From contig DATAYA010000200.1 of the NCBI GenBank assembly GCA_036272815.1, positions 1-39,133 on the forward strand: DNA of 39,133 bases. Reading direction: 5' to 3'. Source of the DNA: Acetobacteraceae bacterium. GTDB lineage: Bacteria > Pseudomonadota > Alphaproteobacteria > Acetobacterales > Acetobacteraceae. Under the pieces are notes generated by a model, which did not search any database, was not told the DNA's origin, and saw only the letters and a list, made by a program, of their open reading frames with translations. Within the stretch, counting starts at the first letter, position 1. Every line of letters starts with the position of its first letter. A program made the translations under genes and the position numbers. Below are positions 1 through 7,439 of this stretch, one piece after another.

Positions 1-1
1 T

Positions 2-709
2 GCGCGTGCCCGCGATCTGCTTGCTGAAGTCGATGATCTACACTCGATGTTCGCAGGCGATCGGGTGGCACTTCGCGGGCGTTTACGGGTCGATCTTCCG
101 AGTGAGGTGGCGCGCACGACGATCATGCCGGCCTTGCCGGATTTCATGGCGACTCACCCCGAGTTGGAGCTGGAGATGTCGAGTACGGATCGGCAAGTCG
201 ATCTGGTTCAAGAGGGGTTCGACTGCGTATTGCGGCTTGGACCCATACGGGACGAGACGTTGATTGCCCGCAAGCTGGGCCTGTTGCGCATGGTCAACGC
301 TGCCAGTCCCGCCTATCTGGCGCGCTATGGCGTCCCTCGATCGCTAAAAGATCTCCAGCGTCAGGAACATCGGACAATTCATTTTTCGACGATGCTGGGC
401 GCAAGGCCCTATGGATGGGAATATCCGGACGACGACAGCTACGCGACGCTTCAGTTGCCAGGTGCGCTACACGTCAACAGTGCGCAGACCTACGACGCCG
501 CTGCCGTCGCCGGCCTTGGCCTGATCCAGGCGCCACTCCTGGGGATTGGCCAATACTTAGCGAGTGGAGCGCTTCTGGAGATCTTACCCGATTTTCGTCG
601 TCAGGCGATCGCCGTTTCCCTCGTCGTAGCACATCGGAGCAATCTATCGCGCCGAGTCCGCGCATTCATGAAATGGATCGAAGATGTGCTGACACCGTAT
701 CTGGAATAG
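2..709 (+). CDS. LysR-family transcriptional regulator, 3' portion (N-terminal HTH part lies upstream of the window)
   Basis: The frame is open from base 2 (ARARDLLAEVDDLHS precedes the first ATG at 47) to TAG at 707-709. The translation has the LysR effector-binding-domain layout (VDLPSEV..MPALPDFMATHPELELEM..DLVQEGFDCVLRLG.., C-terminal SRRVRAFMKWI). Confidence 0.8.
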   Translation, partial: ARARDLLAEVDDLHSMFAGDRVALRGRLRVDLPSEVARTTIMPALPDFMATHPELELEMSSTDRQVDLVQEGFDCVLRLGPIRDETLIARKLGLLRMVNAASPAYLARYGVPRSLKDLQRQEHRTIHFSTMLGARPYGWEYPDDDSYATLQLPGALHVNSAQTYDAAAVAGLGLIQAPLLGIGQYLASGALLEILPDFRRQAIAVSLVVAHRSNLSRRVRAFMKWIEDVLTPYLE

Positions 710-1123
710 CGAGACGAACATCTTCGTGCAGCCCTCGAAACTAACATTCTAAAGTTATGTCTGCCGGTCGGCAGCCCGGCGGTCCAACAGAATACGACAC
801 TGAAACCGGCGATCTTTGAAGTCCGACATGAGATATCCTCAAACTCTTCCGCCTTCTGTCTCCTCGACGCCGTGCCAATGCAACAGAGCCATTACGTATC
901 AGGTTCGGAGATATCCGGCTGCTCGCAACCTTATCCGGGGCCGCCCGCCGATGTCCGTAAGGCAGCAAACGGGCAATCGGAACGAATGGCCGCGTTCGAG
1001 ACGGCTCACTTTGCCCGGGAACGGCGAGGATGGGCGCAAAGCAGCCACGGGCGTACGTCGTCTACGTCTGCTTCCCGCCATGAACGGATACCCGGCGCCG
1101 GAGGATCGCGGCAGGCCCCGGCC

Positions 1124-1672
1124 CTACGACAGCCCCGCCGTGACCGCCGACAGCGCGAGCCCGATCCCGAGATCGAGCGCCACCAGGGCCGCCGCCTGCA
1201 TCCGCCCGGTCGCGAGCGCCACCCGGATCGCGAACCATTCGAGCCAGATCGCCCAGCCGACCGCGACCAGCCCCAGCGTCTCGTCGAGCCATTCCGGCGC
1301 GCCGAGCAGCCGCGGCAGGGCCGCCGCCACCAGCAGCAGGTACTGCACGACGTTGCACCAGTTCCAGACCGCGATGAACAACGGCCAGCGCGGCAGCCGT
1401 CCCATCGCCGCGACCAGCGGCCGCGAGGCGAGCGCAAACCCGGCCCAGCCGGTCACATAGGCCATCAGCTCCAGCGCCATTGCGTGCCCGGCATGGCCCG
1501 GCACGCCGCCCTGCCACGCCCAGTCGAGCAGCCGCAGGAACAGGAACGCCGGCAGGCACAGCGCCACCGCCCAGAAGCTGCGCTGCGCATCCCGCGGCTC
1601 CGGGCCGACCCGCGCCAGACCCTCCGCGCGTCCCCGCGCCAGCAGCCACGCGCCCGAGAGCGCGCTTGCCAT
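1124..1672 (-). CDS. Small polytopic membrane protein (about 5 predicted TM helices), downstream copy of a tandem paralog pair; family not recognised (Yip1-like topology is only a guess)
   Basis: ATG read as cat at 1670-1672, stop TAG at 1124-1126, with very high third-position G+C in this frame. It shares motifs with the upstream neighbour: LLARGRxxGL, (F/V)WNWC and WLxWFxxRxxLA. The 374-aa ORF in the track is a 5' over-extension running through the neighbour in another frame. Confidence 0.7.
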   Translation of the reverse strand: MASALSGAWLLARGRAEGLARVGPEPRDAQRSFWAVALCLPAFLFLRLLDWAWQGGVPGHAGHAMALELMAYVTGWAGFALASRPLVAAMGRLPRWPLFIAVWNWCNVVQYLLLVAAALPRLLGAPEWLDETLGLVAVGWAIWLEWFAIRVALATGRMQAAALVALDLGIGLALSAVTAGLS

Positions 1673-1677
1673 CTCGT

Positions 1678-2277
1678 TCACGCCCGCCGCGCCAATGCGA
1701 CCGCGAGCAGCGTCGGCCCGAGCAGCAACGCCGCACTGCCGAGATTGACCAGCAGCACCAGCAGCACCGCGCGCGCCCGCGACAGCGCAAGCCCGTGGCG
1801 CGCGATGAACCAGTGCAGCCACAGCGCGTAGCCGCCGAGCACCATCGCCGCCAGCGCGGCTGCCCCTTGCACCGGCATCCCCGCCGCGACCAGCGCCTCC
1901 ATCCCCAGCACCGCCAGCGTGCCGATGACCGGGATCGCCCACTGGCACCAGTTGAAGGCGGTCGCGTAGCGCAGCCAGCCCGCCTCGCGACCCCAGGCGC
2001 GGGCCAGCGCGTGCGAGATCACCGGCGGCGCCAGCAGCGCGCAGACCGTGGCCAGGAAGTCGGTGACGGCAGCGACCCCGCCGCCCTGCGCCAGCGCGAG
2101 CAAGCTGGTGACCAGCGGGAAGGCGATCAGCGGTGCCAGGCTTGCGAGGAAACCCTGTCCTGTTGCCGCGAAGTGCTGCAATCCCGCGCGGCGCCCGCGC
2201 GCCAGCAGCACGATGCCGGCGACGATGTTGCCCGGCCGCGTCCGCCACCCCCGATCGTCCCCGGCCGATTGCGTCAT
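1678..2277 (-). CDS. Small polytopic membrane protein, upstream copy of the tandem paralog pair
   Basis: 199-aa ORF with ATG at 2275-2277 and stop TGA at 1678-1680, only 5 nt before the next gene's ATG. It is hydrophobic with about 5 TM segments and carries LLARGRRAGL, AFNWCQW and LWLHWFIARHGLAL. It starts 13 nt after the dapE stop. Confidence 0.7.
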   Translation of the reverse strand: MTQSAGDDRGWRTRPGNIVAGIVLLARGRRAGLQHFAATGQGFLASLAPLIAFPLVTSLLALAQGGGVAAVTDFLATVCALLAPPVISHALARAWGREAGWLRYATAFNWCQWAIPVIGTLAVLGMEALVAAGMPVQGAAALAAMVLGGYALWLHWFIARHGLALSRARAVLLVLLVNLGSAALLLGPTLLAVALARRA

Positions 2278-2290
2278 CCGGCAGATCGCC

Positions 2291-3430
2291 TCACGACGCG
2301 AGCATCGCCGCGATCACCGCGCGGTAAATCCGCGCGAGTGCGCGCAGTTCGGCGACCGGCACGCGCTCGTCCGCCTGGTGCATGGTGGCGCCGACCAGTC
2401 CGAACTCCGCGACCGGGCAGTGCCGGGCGATGAAGCGCGCATCCGAGGTGCCGCCGCCGGTGTCGCGCCGCGGCACGATCCCGCTCGCCGCCGCGATCGC
2501 GCCGCAGAGCCGGTCGAGCAGCGGACCGGGCGGCGTCAGGAACGCCTCCCCGCTCACTGCGATCACGCACTCCGCCGCCGCCGCGTGCTCGGCGAGCACC
2601 GCGCGGAGCCAGGCGGCGAGGCCGTCGCCGGTATGGCGGTCGTTGAACCGGATGTTGAGCGCCGCCCGCGCCTGCGCCGGGATCACGTTGGTCGCCGCGT
2701 TGCCGACGTCGATGCTGGTCACCTGCAGGTTCGACGGCTCGAAGAAATCGGTCCCGGCATCGAGCGGCGCCGCGATCATCGCGGCGAGGGCGCGCAGCAG
2801 CCGATGCACCGGGTTGTCCGCCAGATGCGGATAGGCGACGTGGCCCTGCCGGCCATGCACGGTGATCCGCGCGTTCAGGCTGCCGCGCCTGCCGACCTTC
2901 ACCACCTCGCCGAGCCGGGCCGGGTTGGTGGGCTCGCCGACCAGGCAGAAATCCGGGATTTCCTCGCGCGCCGCCAGCCACTCCAGCACCCGCACCGTCC
3001 CGTCGGTCGCCGATCCCTCCTCGTCGCCGGTGATGAGCAGGCTGATCGCGCCAGTGAGCGGGCCAGTGAGCGGGCCGGCCGTCAGATGCGCCTCGACGGC
3101 CGCCACGAAGGCGGCGATCGCGCCCTTCATGTCGCAGGCGCCGCGGCCGATCAGGACGTCGTCGCGCACCTCCGCCCCGAACGGGTCGGCGCTCCAGGGC
3201 GCGTCGCCGGGGGGCACCACGTCGGTGTGGCCGGCGAAGCAGAAATGCGGGCCGCCGCTGCCGATCCGCGCGAACAGGTTCTCGGTCGCGCCGAAACGCA
3301 GCCGGGCGACGCGGAAGCCGAGCCGCTCCAGCGCGCCCGCGAGCACGCCCTGCGCGCCGGCATCGGCCGGTGTGACCGAGGCGCAAGCGATCAGCGCCCG
3401 CGCCAGCGGCAGCGGGTCGGGCCCGCTCAA
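2291..3430 (-). CDS. dapE: Succinyl-diaminopimelate desuccinylase (M20 metallopeptidase)
   Basis: The 379-aa ORF carries [25 protein letters not shown] and VGEPTN motifs typical of DapE. Its ATG overlaps the dapD stop (ATGA-type 4-nt overlap at 3427-3430). Confidence 0.9.
   Translation of the reverse strand: MSGPDPLPLARALIACASVTPADAGAQGVLAGALERLGFRVARLRFGATENLFARIGSGGPHFCFAGHTDVVPPGDAPWSADPFGAEVRDDVLIGRGACDMKGAIAAFVAAVEAHLTAGPLTGPLTGAISLLITGDEEGSATDGTVRVLEWLAAREEIPDFCLVGEPTNPARLGEVVKVGRRGSLNARITVHGRQGHVAYPHLADNPVHRLLRALAAMIAAPLDAGTDFFEPSNLQVTSIDVGNAATNVIPAQARAALNIRFNDRHTGDGLAAWLRAVLAEHAAAAECVIAVSGEAFLTPPGPLLDRLCGAIAAASGIVPRRDTGGGTSDARFIARHCPVAEFGLVGATMHQADERVPVAELRALARIYRAVIAAMLAS
3051..3074. 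repeat. Perfect 12-bp tandem duplication (CCAGTGAGCGGG x2) inside dapE, giving GPLTGPLTG in the protein
   Basis: Read directly: 3051-3062 is identical to 3063-3074. The duplication is in frame. Confidence 0.9.
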
Positions 3431-4266
3431 TCGCGCAGCAGCTCGTTGATCGAGGTCTTGGCGCGCGTGCGCTCGTCCACCCGCTTGACGATCACCGCGC
3501 AGGCGAGCGAGGGGCCCGGGCTGCCGTCGGGAAGCGGGCGGCCCGGCATGGCACCGGGGACGACCACGGAATAGGCCGGCACCCGGCCGAATATCACCTC
3601 GCCGGTCGCGCGGTCGACGATCTTCGTGGTGGCCGAGAGGAAGACGCCCATCGAGAGCACGCAGCCCCGCTCCACGATCACGCCCTCCACCACCTCAGAG
3701 CGGGCGCCGATGAAGCAGTCGTCCTCGATGACGACCGGGTTCGCCTGCAACGGCTCCAGCACGCCGCCGATGCCCACACCGCCCGAGAGGTGGCAGTTGC
3801 GCCCGATCTGCGCGCAACTTCCCACCGTCGCCCAGGTATCGACCATCGTGCCCGCGCCGACATGAGCGCCGACATTGACGAAACAGGGCATCAGCACGAC
3901 GCCCGGCGCGACATAGGCCGACCGCCTCACCACCGCGCCCGGCACCGCCCGGAATCCCGCCTCGCGGAACCGGTTCTCGCCCCAGCCTTCGAACTTGAGC
4001 GGCACCTTGTCATAGACCGGCGCGCCGCCCGTGCCCGGCATCGGTGCCGAGTCGACGAGGCGGAAGGACAGCAGCACCGCCTTCTTGAGCCACTCCTGCA
4101 CCACCCACCCGTCCGGCCCGGGCTCCGCCACGCGCAGGCGGCCGGCGTCGAGCGCGTCCAGCGCGGCCTCGACCGGGCCCCGCGCCGCCGCGCCGGATCG
4201 CGCGGTGAGGGTCTCGCGCTGCTCCCACAGCGCCTCGATGCGGTCGCGCAACGCGGGGTCGCTCAT
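3427..4266 (-). CDS. dapD: 2,3,4,5-tetrahydropyridine-2,6-dicarboxylate N-succinyltransferase
   Basis: 279-aa ORF with a left-handed beta-helix hexapeptide-repeat region ([40 protein letters not shown]) and a DapD-type N-terminus. It is positioned immediately upstream of dapE. Confidence 0.9.
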   Translation of the reverse strand: MSDPALRDRIEALWEQRETLTARSGAAARGPVEAALDALDAGRLRVAEPGPDGWVVQEWLKKAVLLSFRLVDSAPMPGTGGAPVYDKVPLKFEGWGENRFREAGFRAVPGAVVRRSAYVAPGVVLMPCFVNVGAHVGAGTMVDTWATVGSCAQIGRNCHLSGGVGIGGVLEPLQANPVVIEDDCFIGARSEVVEGVIVERGCVLSMGVFLSATTKIVDRATGEVIFGRVPAYSVVVPGAMPGRPLPDGSPGPSLACAVIVKRVDERTRAKTSINELLRD

Positions 4267-4353
4267 GTGCTCGCCATTCCCGGGCCAGAATTGCGGCGGA
4301 CCATGCGCAGCACCCCGGTGCGTGTCAACGAGCGGTTTGGTGCGTTTCGGCGG

Positions 4354-4406
4354 GCGGGATTGTCGCGTGGCGACGCGCGGGATTGTCGCGTGGCGACGCG
4401 CGGGAT
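4354..4406. repeat. 2.3 copies of a 23-bp tandem repeat (GCGGGATTGTCGCGTGGCGACGC); each unit contains the palindrome GTCGC-GTG-GCGAC. Candidate operator in the dapD / GGDEF divergent intergenic region.
   Basis: Read directly: 4354-4376 is identical to 4377-4399, and a third unit is truncated after GCGGGAT (4400-4406). It lies between the dapD start (4266) and the GGDEF gene start (4495). Confidence 0.85.
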
Positions 4407-4494
4407 CAAGGCACGCGAAAGAGGCGGATCGGCCCGGCCGATAACCTCCGCTTTACGCCGCTGCCTCATCCTGGGACGGATCGGGGAGGGCCAG

Positions 4495-5874
4495 ATGGTC
4501 GAGAGCGGGAATTGGCGGAGTGTGGCGGCGGGTGCCGCCGAGCTTGCCTTCGAGACCGACGCGGCAGGGCGGCTGGTCTGGGTCGGCCCCGACCCGGCGC
4601 TCGGCTGGTCGGCTGCGACGCTGCTGGGCCAGCCCGCGCGGCTGCTGCTGGCACCCGCTCAGGATGCGGCGGGCTTCGATCCGTTCGCGGCCGCGGCCGC
4701 GGTGCGACGGCGCCCGGTCTGGTTACGGTCTCGCGGTGGCCCGGCCGTGCGCTTGCCGATGACGGTCGAGTGCCTGCGCGATGCCGGCGGGACGCTCTGT
4801 GGCGTGCGCGGCCTCGCGGTCGCGAGCGCCGCCGAGGCGGATGCCGCGCCGGCTGGCGGCGCGGGCGCACTGCGCCGCGCCGAGGTGCTCGACCAGATGC
4901 TTGCCCGGATGCGCGGGCACGTTCTGACGCCCGAGATGCTGGTCGCCATGCTCGACCTGCTCTGCACCGCGTCCGGCGCCGAAGGTGCGGCGATCCTCGA
5001 CACGCTGCGCGAGCCGGGTCACTCGCCGGTGCTGCATCGGGCAGGGGGGGATGAAGCGGGCGGGGATGGTGCAGGCGGGGATGGGGCAGGCGGGAAGGTC
5101 GGCGCAGAGGCGGTGTTCGGCACGGTGCTGCCGCTGCTCGCCGACGCATCCGGCCAGCCGCACGCGGTGGTCGCGGCCGACGGCCGGCCGGTGCTCGGCT
5201 GCCCCAGCTACACTCGCTTCGGCGAACGGATCGGGCTTGTGCTCTGGCGCGCGCCGGGCGGCGAGCGGTGGGCTGCGGACGATCTCCAACTCGCCTCCTC
5301 GGTCGCGGCGCTGGTGCGCATCGTGCTGGAACATGCCGCGATCCAGCGGCAGATGGCCTTGCAGGCGCGCACCGACCTGCTGACCGGCCTGCTCAGCCGC
5401 CGCGCCTTCATCGAGGATTCGAGTAAGCGGATCGAGCGGCTCGATCGCGAGGAGCTGCCGGCGACACTGCTGTTCCTCGACCTCGACGGCTTCCGTGCCG
5501 TCAACGAGCGATTCGGCGTTGCGGCCGGCGACGGCGTTCTGCTCGCGGTCGCCGACCTGCTGCGCAGCACGGTGCGGCCAACCGACCTCGTGGCGCGCCT
5601 GGGCGGCGACGTGTTCGCGGTCTGGCTGGATGGGGCGGACAGGTTCACCGCCGCCGAGCGGGCGGAGGCGCTGCGCCTGCGCCTGCCGGAGCGCGCGGCG
5701 GATGCGCTGCCGGACGCGGCGGTGCGACCGACCGCCTCGATCGGCCTCGCGGCCCGGCGTGCGGGATCGGGCGAGGAGGTCGAAAGCCTGCTGCGGCGCG
5801 CGGCACTGGCACTGCACGAGGTCAAGCGGCAGGGCCGGGCGCATTGGCGGGTGTCGCTGGACGAACCGCTGTAA
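4495..5874 (+). CDS. Sensory (PAS/GAF-like N-terminal region) GGDEF-domain protein with a degenerate active-site motif GGDVF and an intact RxxD I-site
   Basis: ATG at 4495 is preceded by GGGGAGGG (4484-4490). The earlier part of the 694-aa track ORF runs antisense through dapD and is rejected. The C-terminal domain reads DLLTGLLSRRAF..LFLDLDGFRAVNERFG..GD..RPTDLVARLGGDVFAVWL. Confidence 0.85.
   Translation: MVESGNWRSVAAGAAELAFETDAAGRLVWVGPDPALGWSAATLLGQPARLLLAPAQDAAGFDPFAAAAAVRRRPVWLRSRGGPAVRLPMTVECLRDAGGTLCGVRGLAVASAAEADAAPAGGAGALRRAEVLDQMLARMRGHVLTPEMLVAMLDLLCTASGAEGAAILDTLREPGHSPVLHRAGGDEAGGDGAGGDGAGGKVGAEAVFGTVLPLLADASGQPHAVVAADGRPVLGCPSYTRFGERIGLVLWRAPGGERWAADDLQLASSVAALVRIVLEHAAIQRQMALQARTDLLTGLLSRRAFIEDSSKRIERLDREELPATLLFLDLDGFRAVNERFGVAAGDGVLLAVADLLRSTVRPTDLVARLGGDVFAVWLDGADRFTAAERAEALRLRLPERAADALPDAAVRPTASIGLAARRAGSGEEVESLLRRAALALHEVKRQGRAHWRVSLDEPL
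5044..5097. repeat. About 3.6 imperfect copies of a 15-nt in-frame tandem repeat (GGCGGGGATGGKGCA) encoding GGDEAGGDGAGGDGAGGK
   Basis: Read directly: 5059-5073 and 5074-5088 differ at one base. The flanking copies are degenerate. Confidence 0.7.
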
Positions 5875-5898
5875 GGCGCACGGCCCCGCTGTCGCGTT

Positions 5899-7362
5899 CT
5901 ACCGCCCCGGCCGCACCAGCGGCACGTCGATCCAGCGCAGCCCCGCGCGGTTGCGCACCAGGAACAGCACCCAGAGCCGCCGCTCGCGCAGCATCGCCTC
6001 CATCGCCGCGTCGACCTCCGCGGGCGTCGAGACCGGGTGCTGCTGCACCGCCAGCACGACATCCCCCGCCGCCATCCCGCGGGTTTCCGCGATGCTGTCG
6101 GGGGAGACATAGGAGATCTCCACCCCGCGCGGGTCGCCTTGCAACCCCCAGGCCGCCCGCGTCGCCGGATCGAGCGGCGCGAAGCGCAGCCCGACGTGTG
6201 TCGTCGGCAGCAGCTTTGGCAGCATCGGCCGCATCGGCGCTGGCATCGGCCCCTTGGACGCCGGTAACGCGATGGTGACACTGAGCGTGATCTCGTGCCC
6301 GTCGCGCCAGATCGCGAGCGGCTCGGTCGTGCCGATCGGCGTCACCGCGATCGAGCGGGCGAAGCCGCTCGCGTCGATCACCGGCCGGCCGCCATAGCGC
6401 ACGATCACATCGCCGAACCGCAAGCCTGCCTTCGCCGCCGGGCTGCCGCCGATCACGCCGGTCAGGATCGCGCCACGGGCTTCCGGCAAGCCGAGGCTCT
6501 CGGCGAATTGGCTGGTGACGGTCTGCACGCCGGCGCCGAACCAGCCGCGCTCGACATAGCCGTGCAGCCGCAGTTCCCGGACCACGCTCCGCGCCATGTT
6601 CGAGGGCAGCGCGAAGCTGATCCCGACCGAGCCGCCGGAGGGGGTGTAGATCGCCGAGTTCACGCCGATGACGTGATCCTCCATGTCGAACAGCGGGCCG
6701 CCGGAATTGCCGCGATTGATTGCCGCGTCGGTCTGGATGAAGCTGTCGAACGGCCCTTCCTGGATGTCGCGGCCGGTGGCGCTGACAATGCCGGCGGTGA
6801 CGGAGCTGCCGATCCCGAACGGATCGCCGATCGCGAACACCTCGTCGCCGACCGCGACCTTGGTGCTGTCCCCCCAGGTCACAGCCGGCAGCGTCCGGCC
6901 GGTATTGATCGCCAGCACCGCGAGGTCGGTCGGCGGGTCGGCGCCGAGCAGGGTCGCGATCTCGAATGTGCCGTCGGCGAGCGTGACTCCGATCACGTCC
7001 GCTCCGGCGATGACGTGGTTGTTGGTCACGATCACGCCCGTGGGGTCCACGATGAACCCCGATCCGGTGCTGTCCACCCGCCGCGTCACCAGACCCTGTG
7101 CGGGCGCGGCGCCAGTGGCGGCGGCCGGCTGCGCGCCCGACTGAGTCGCCTCCGCCTGGCTCAACGGCACCTGCACCGTGCCGCTCGCCAGGACCTTCAC
7201 CACCGTGGGCAGCGCGCTGCGCACCAGCGGTGCGAGCCCGGTCGGCGGCTCGTGCGTGTCCGCCAGCGCCCGGCCGGCGGTCGGAATCGCCCAGGCGCAT
7301 CCGATGACGAGGGTGGCGCCGAGAGTGGCGGCGCGAAGGCGGGGTCGCAGGCGGAGCAACAT
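5899..7362 (-). CDS. Periplasmic HtrA/DegP (Do-family, S1C) serine endopeptidase with two PDZ domains
   Basis: 487-aa ORF with a signal-peptide-like N-terminus (..LVIGCAWAIPTAGRALA). The catalytic triad context is TNNHVI, DLAVL and GNSGGPL. Two PDZ-like segments follow (GAILTGVIGGSPAAKAGLRFGDVIV and GVEISYVSPDSIAETRGMAAGDVVL). Confidence 0.9.
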   Translation of the reverse strand: MLLRLRPRLRAATLGATLVIGCAWAIPTAGRALADTHEPPTGLAPLVRSALPTVVKVLASGTVQVPLSQAEATQSGAQPAAATGAAPAQGLVTRRVDSTGSGFIVDPTGVIVTNNHVIAGADVIGVTLADGTFEIATLLGADPPTDLAVLAINTGRTLPAVTWGDSTKVAVGDEVFAIGDPFGIGSSVTAGIVSATGRDIQEGPFDSFIQTDAAINRGNSGGPLFDMEDHVIGVNSAIYTPSGGSVGISFALPSNMARSVVRELRLHGYVERGWFGAGVQTVTSQFAESLGLPEARGAILTGVIGGSPAAKAGLRFGDVIVRYGGRPVIDASGFARSIAVTPIGTTEPLAIWRDGHEITLSVTIALPASKGPMPAPMRPMLPKLLPTTHVGLRFAPLDPATRAAWGLQGDPRGVEISYVSPDSIAETRGMAAGDVVLAVQQHPVSTPAEVDAAMEAMLRERRLWVLFLVRNRAGLRWIDVPLVRPGR

Positions 7363-7439
7363 GGCGCGCGTCCGTGGGTTGGGGGGCCTGAAATGTTACA
7401 GCCTTGAGGCACCGACGCGAAGCCGGTAAGTCCCGCAGG

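Noticed and set aside
985-1005. tRNA T-loop-like string GTTCGAG
   Set aside because: The flanking bases do not form a T-stem (GCCGC versus ACGGC), and no acceptor or anticodon arms can be drawn. I found no tRNA, rRNA, tmRNA or RNase P-like sequence anywhere in the window.
3790-4494. 5' extension of the GGDEF-protein ORF (the track gives 694 aa from 3790)
   Set aside because: This part runs antisense through dapD and translates to Arg/His/Pro-rich sequence. A strong GGGGAGGG Shine-Dalgarno precedes the internal ATG at 4495, where sensible sequence begins.
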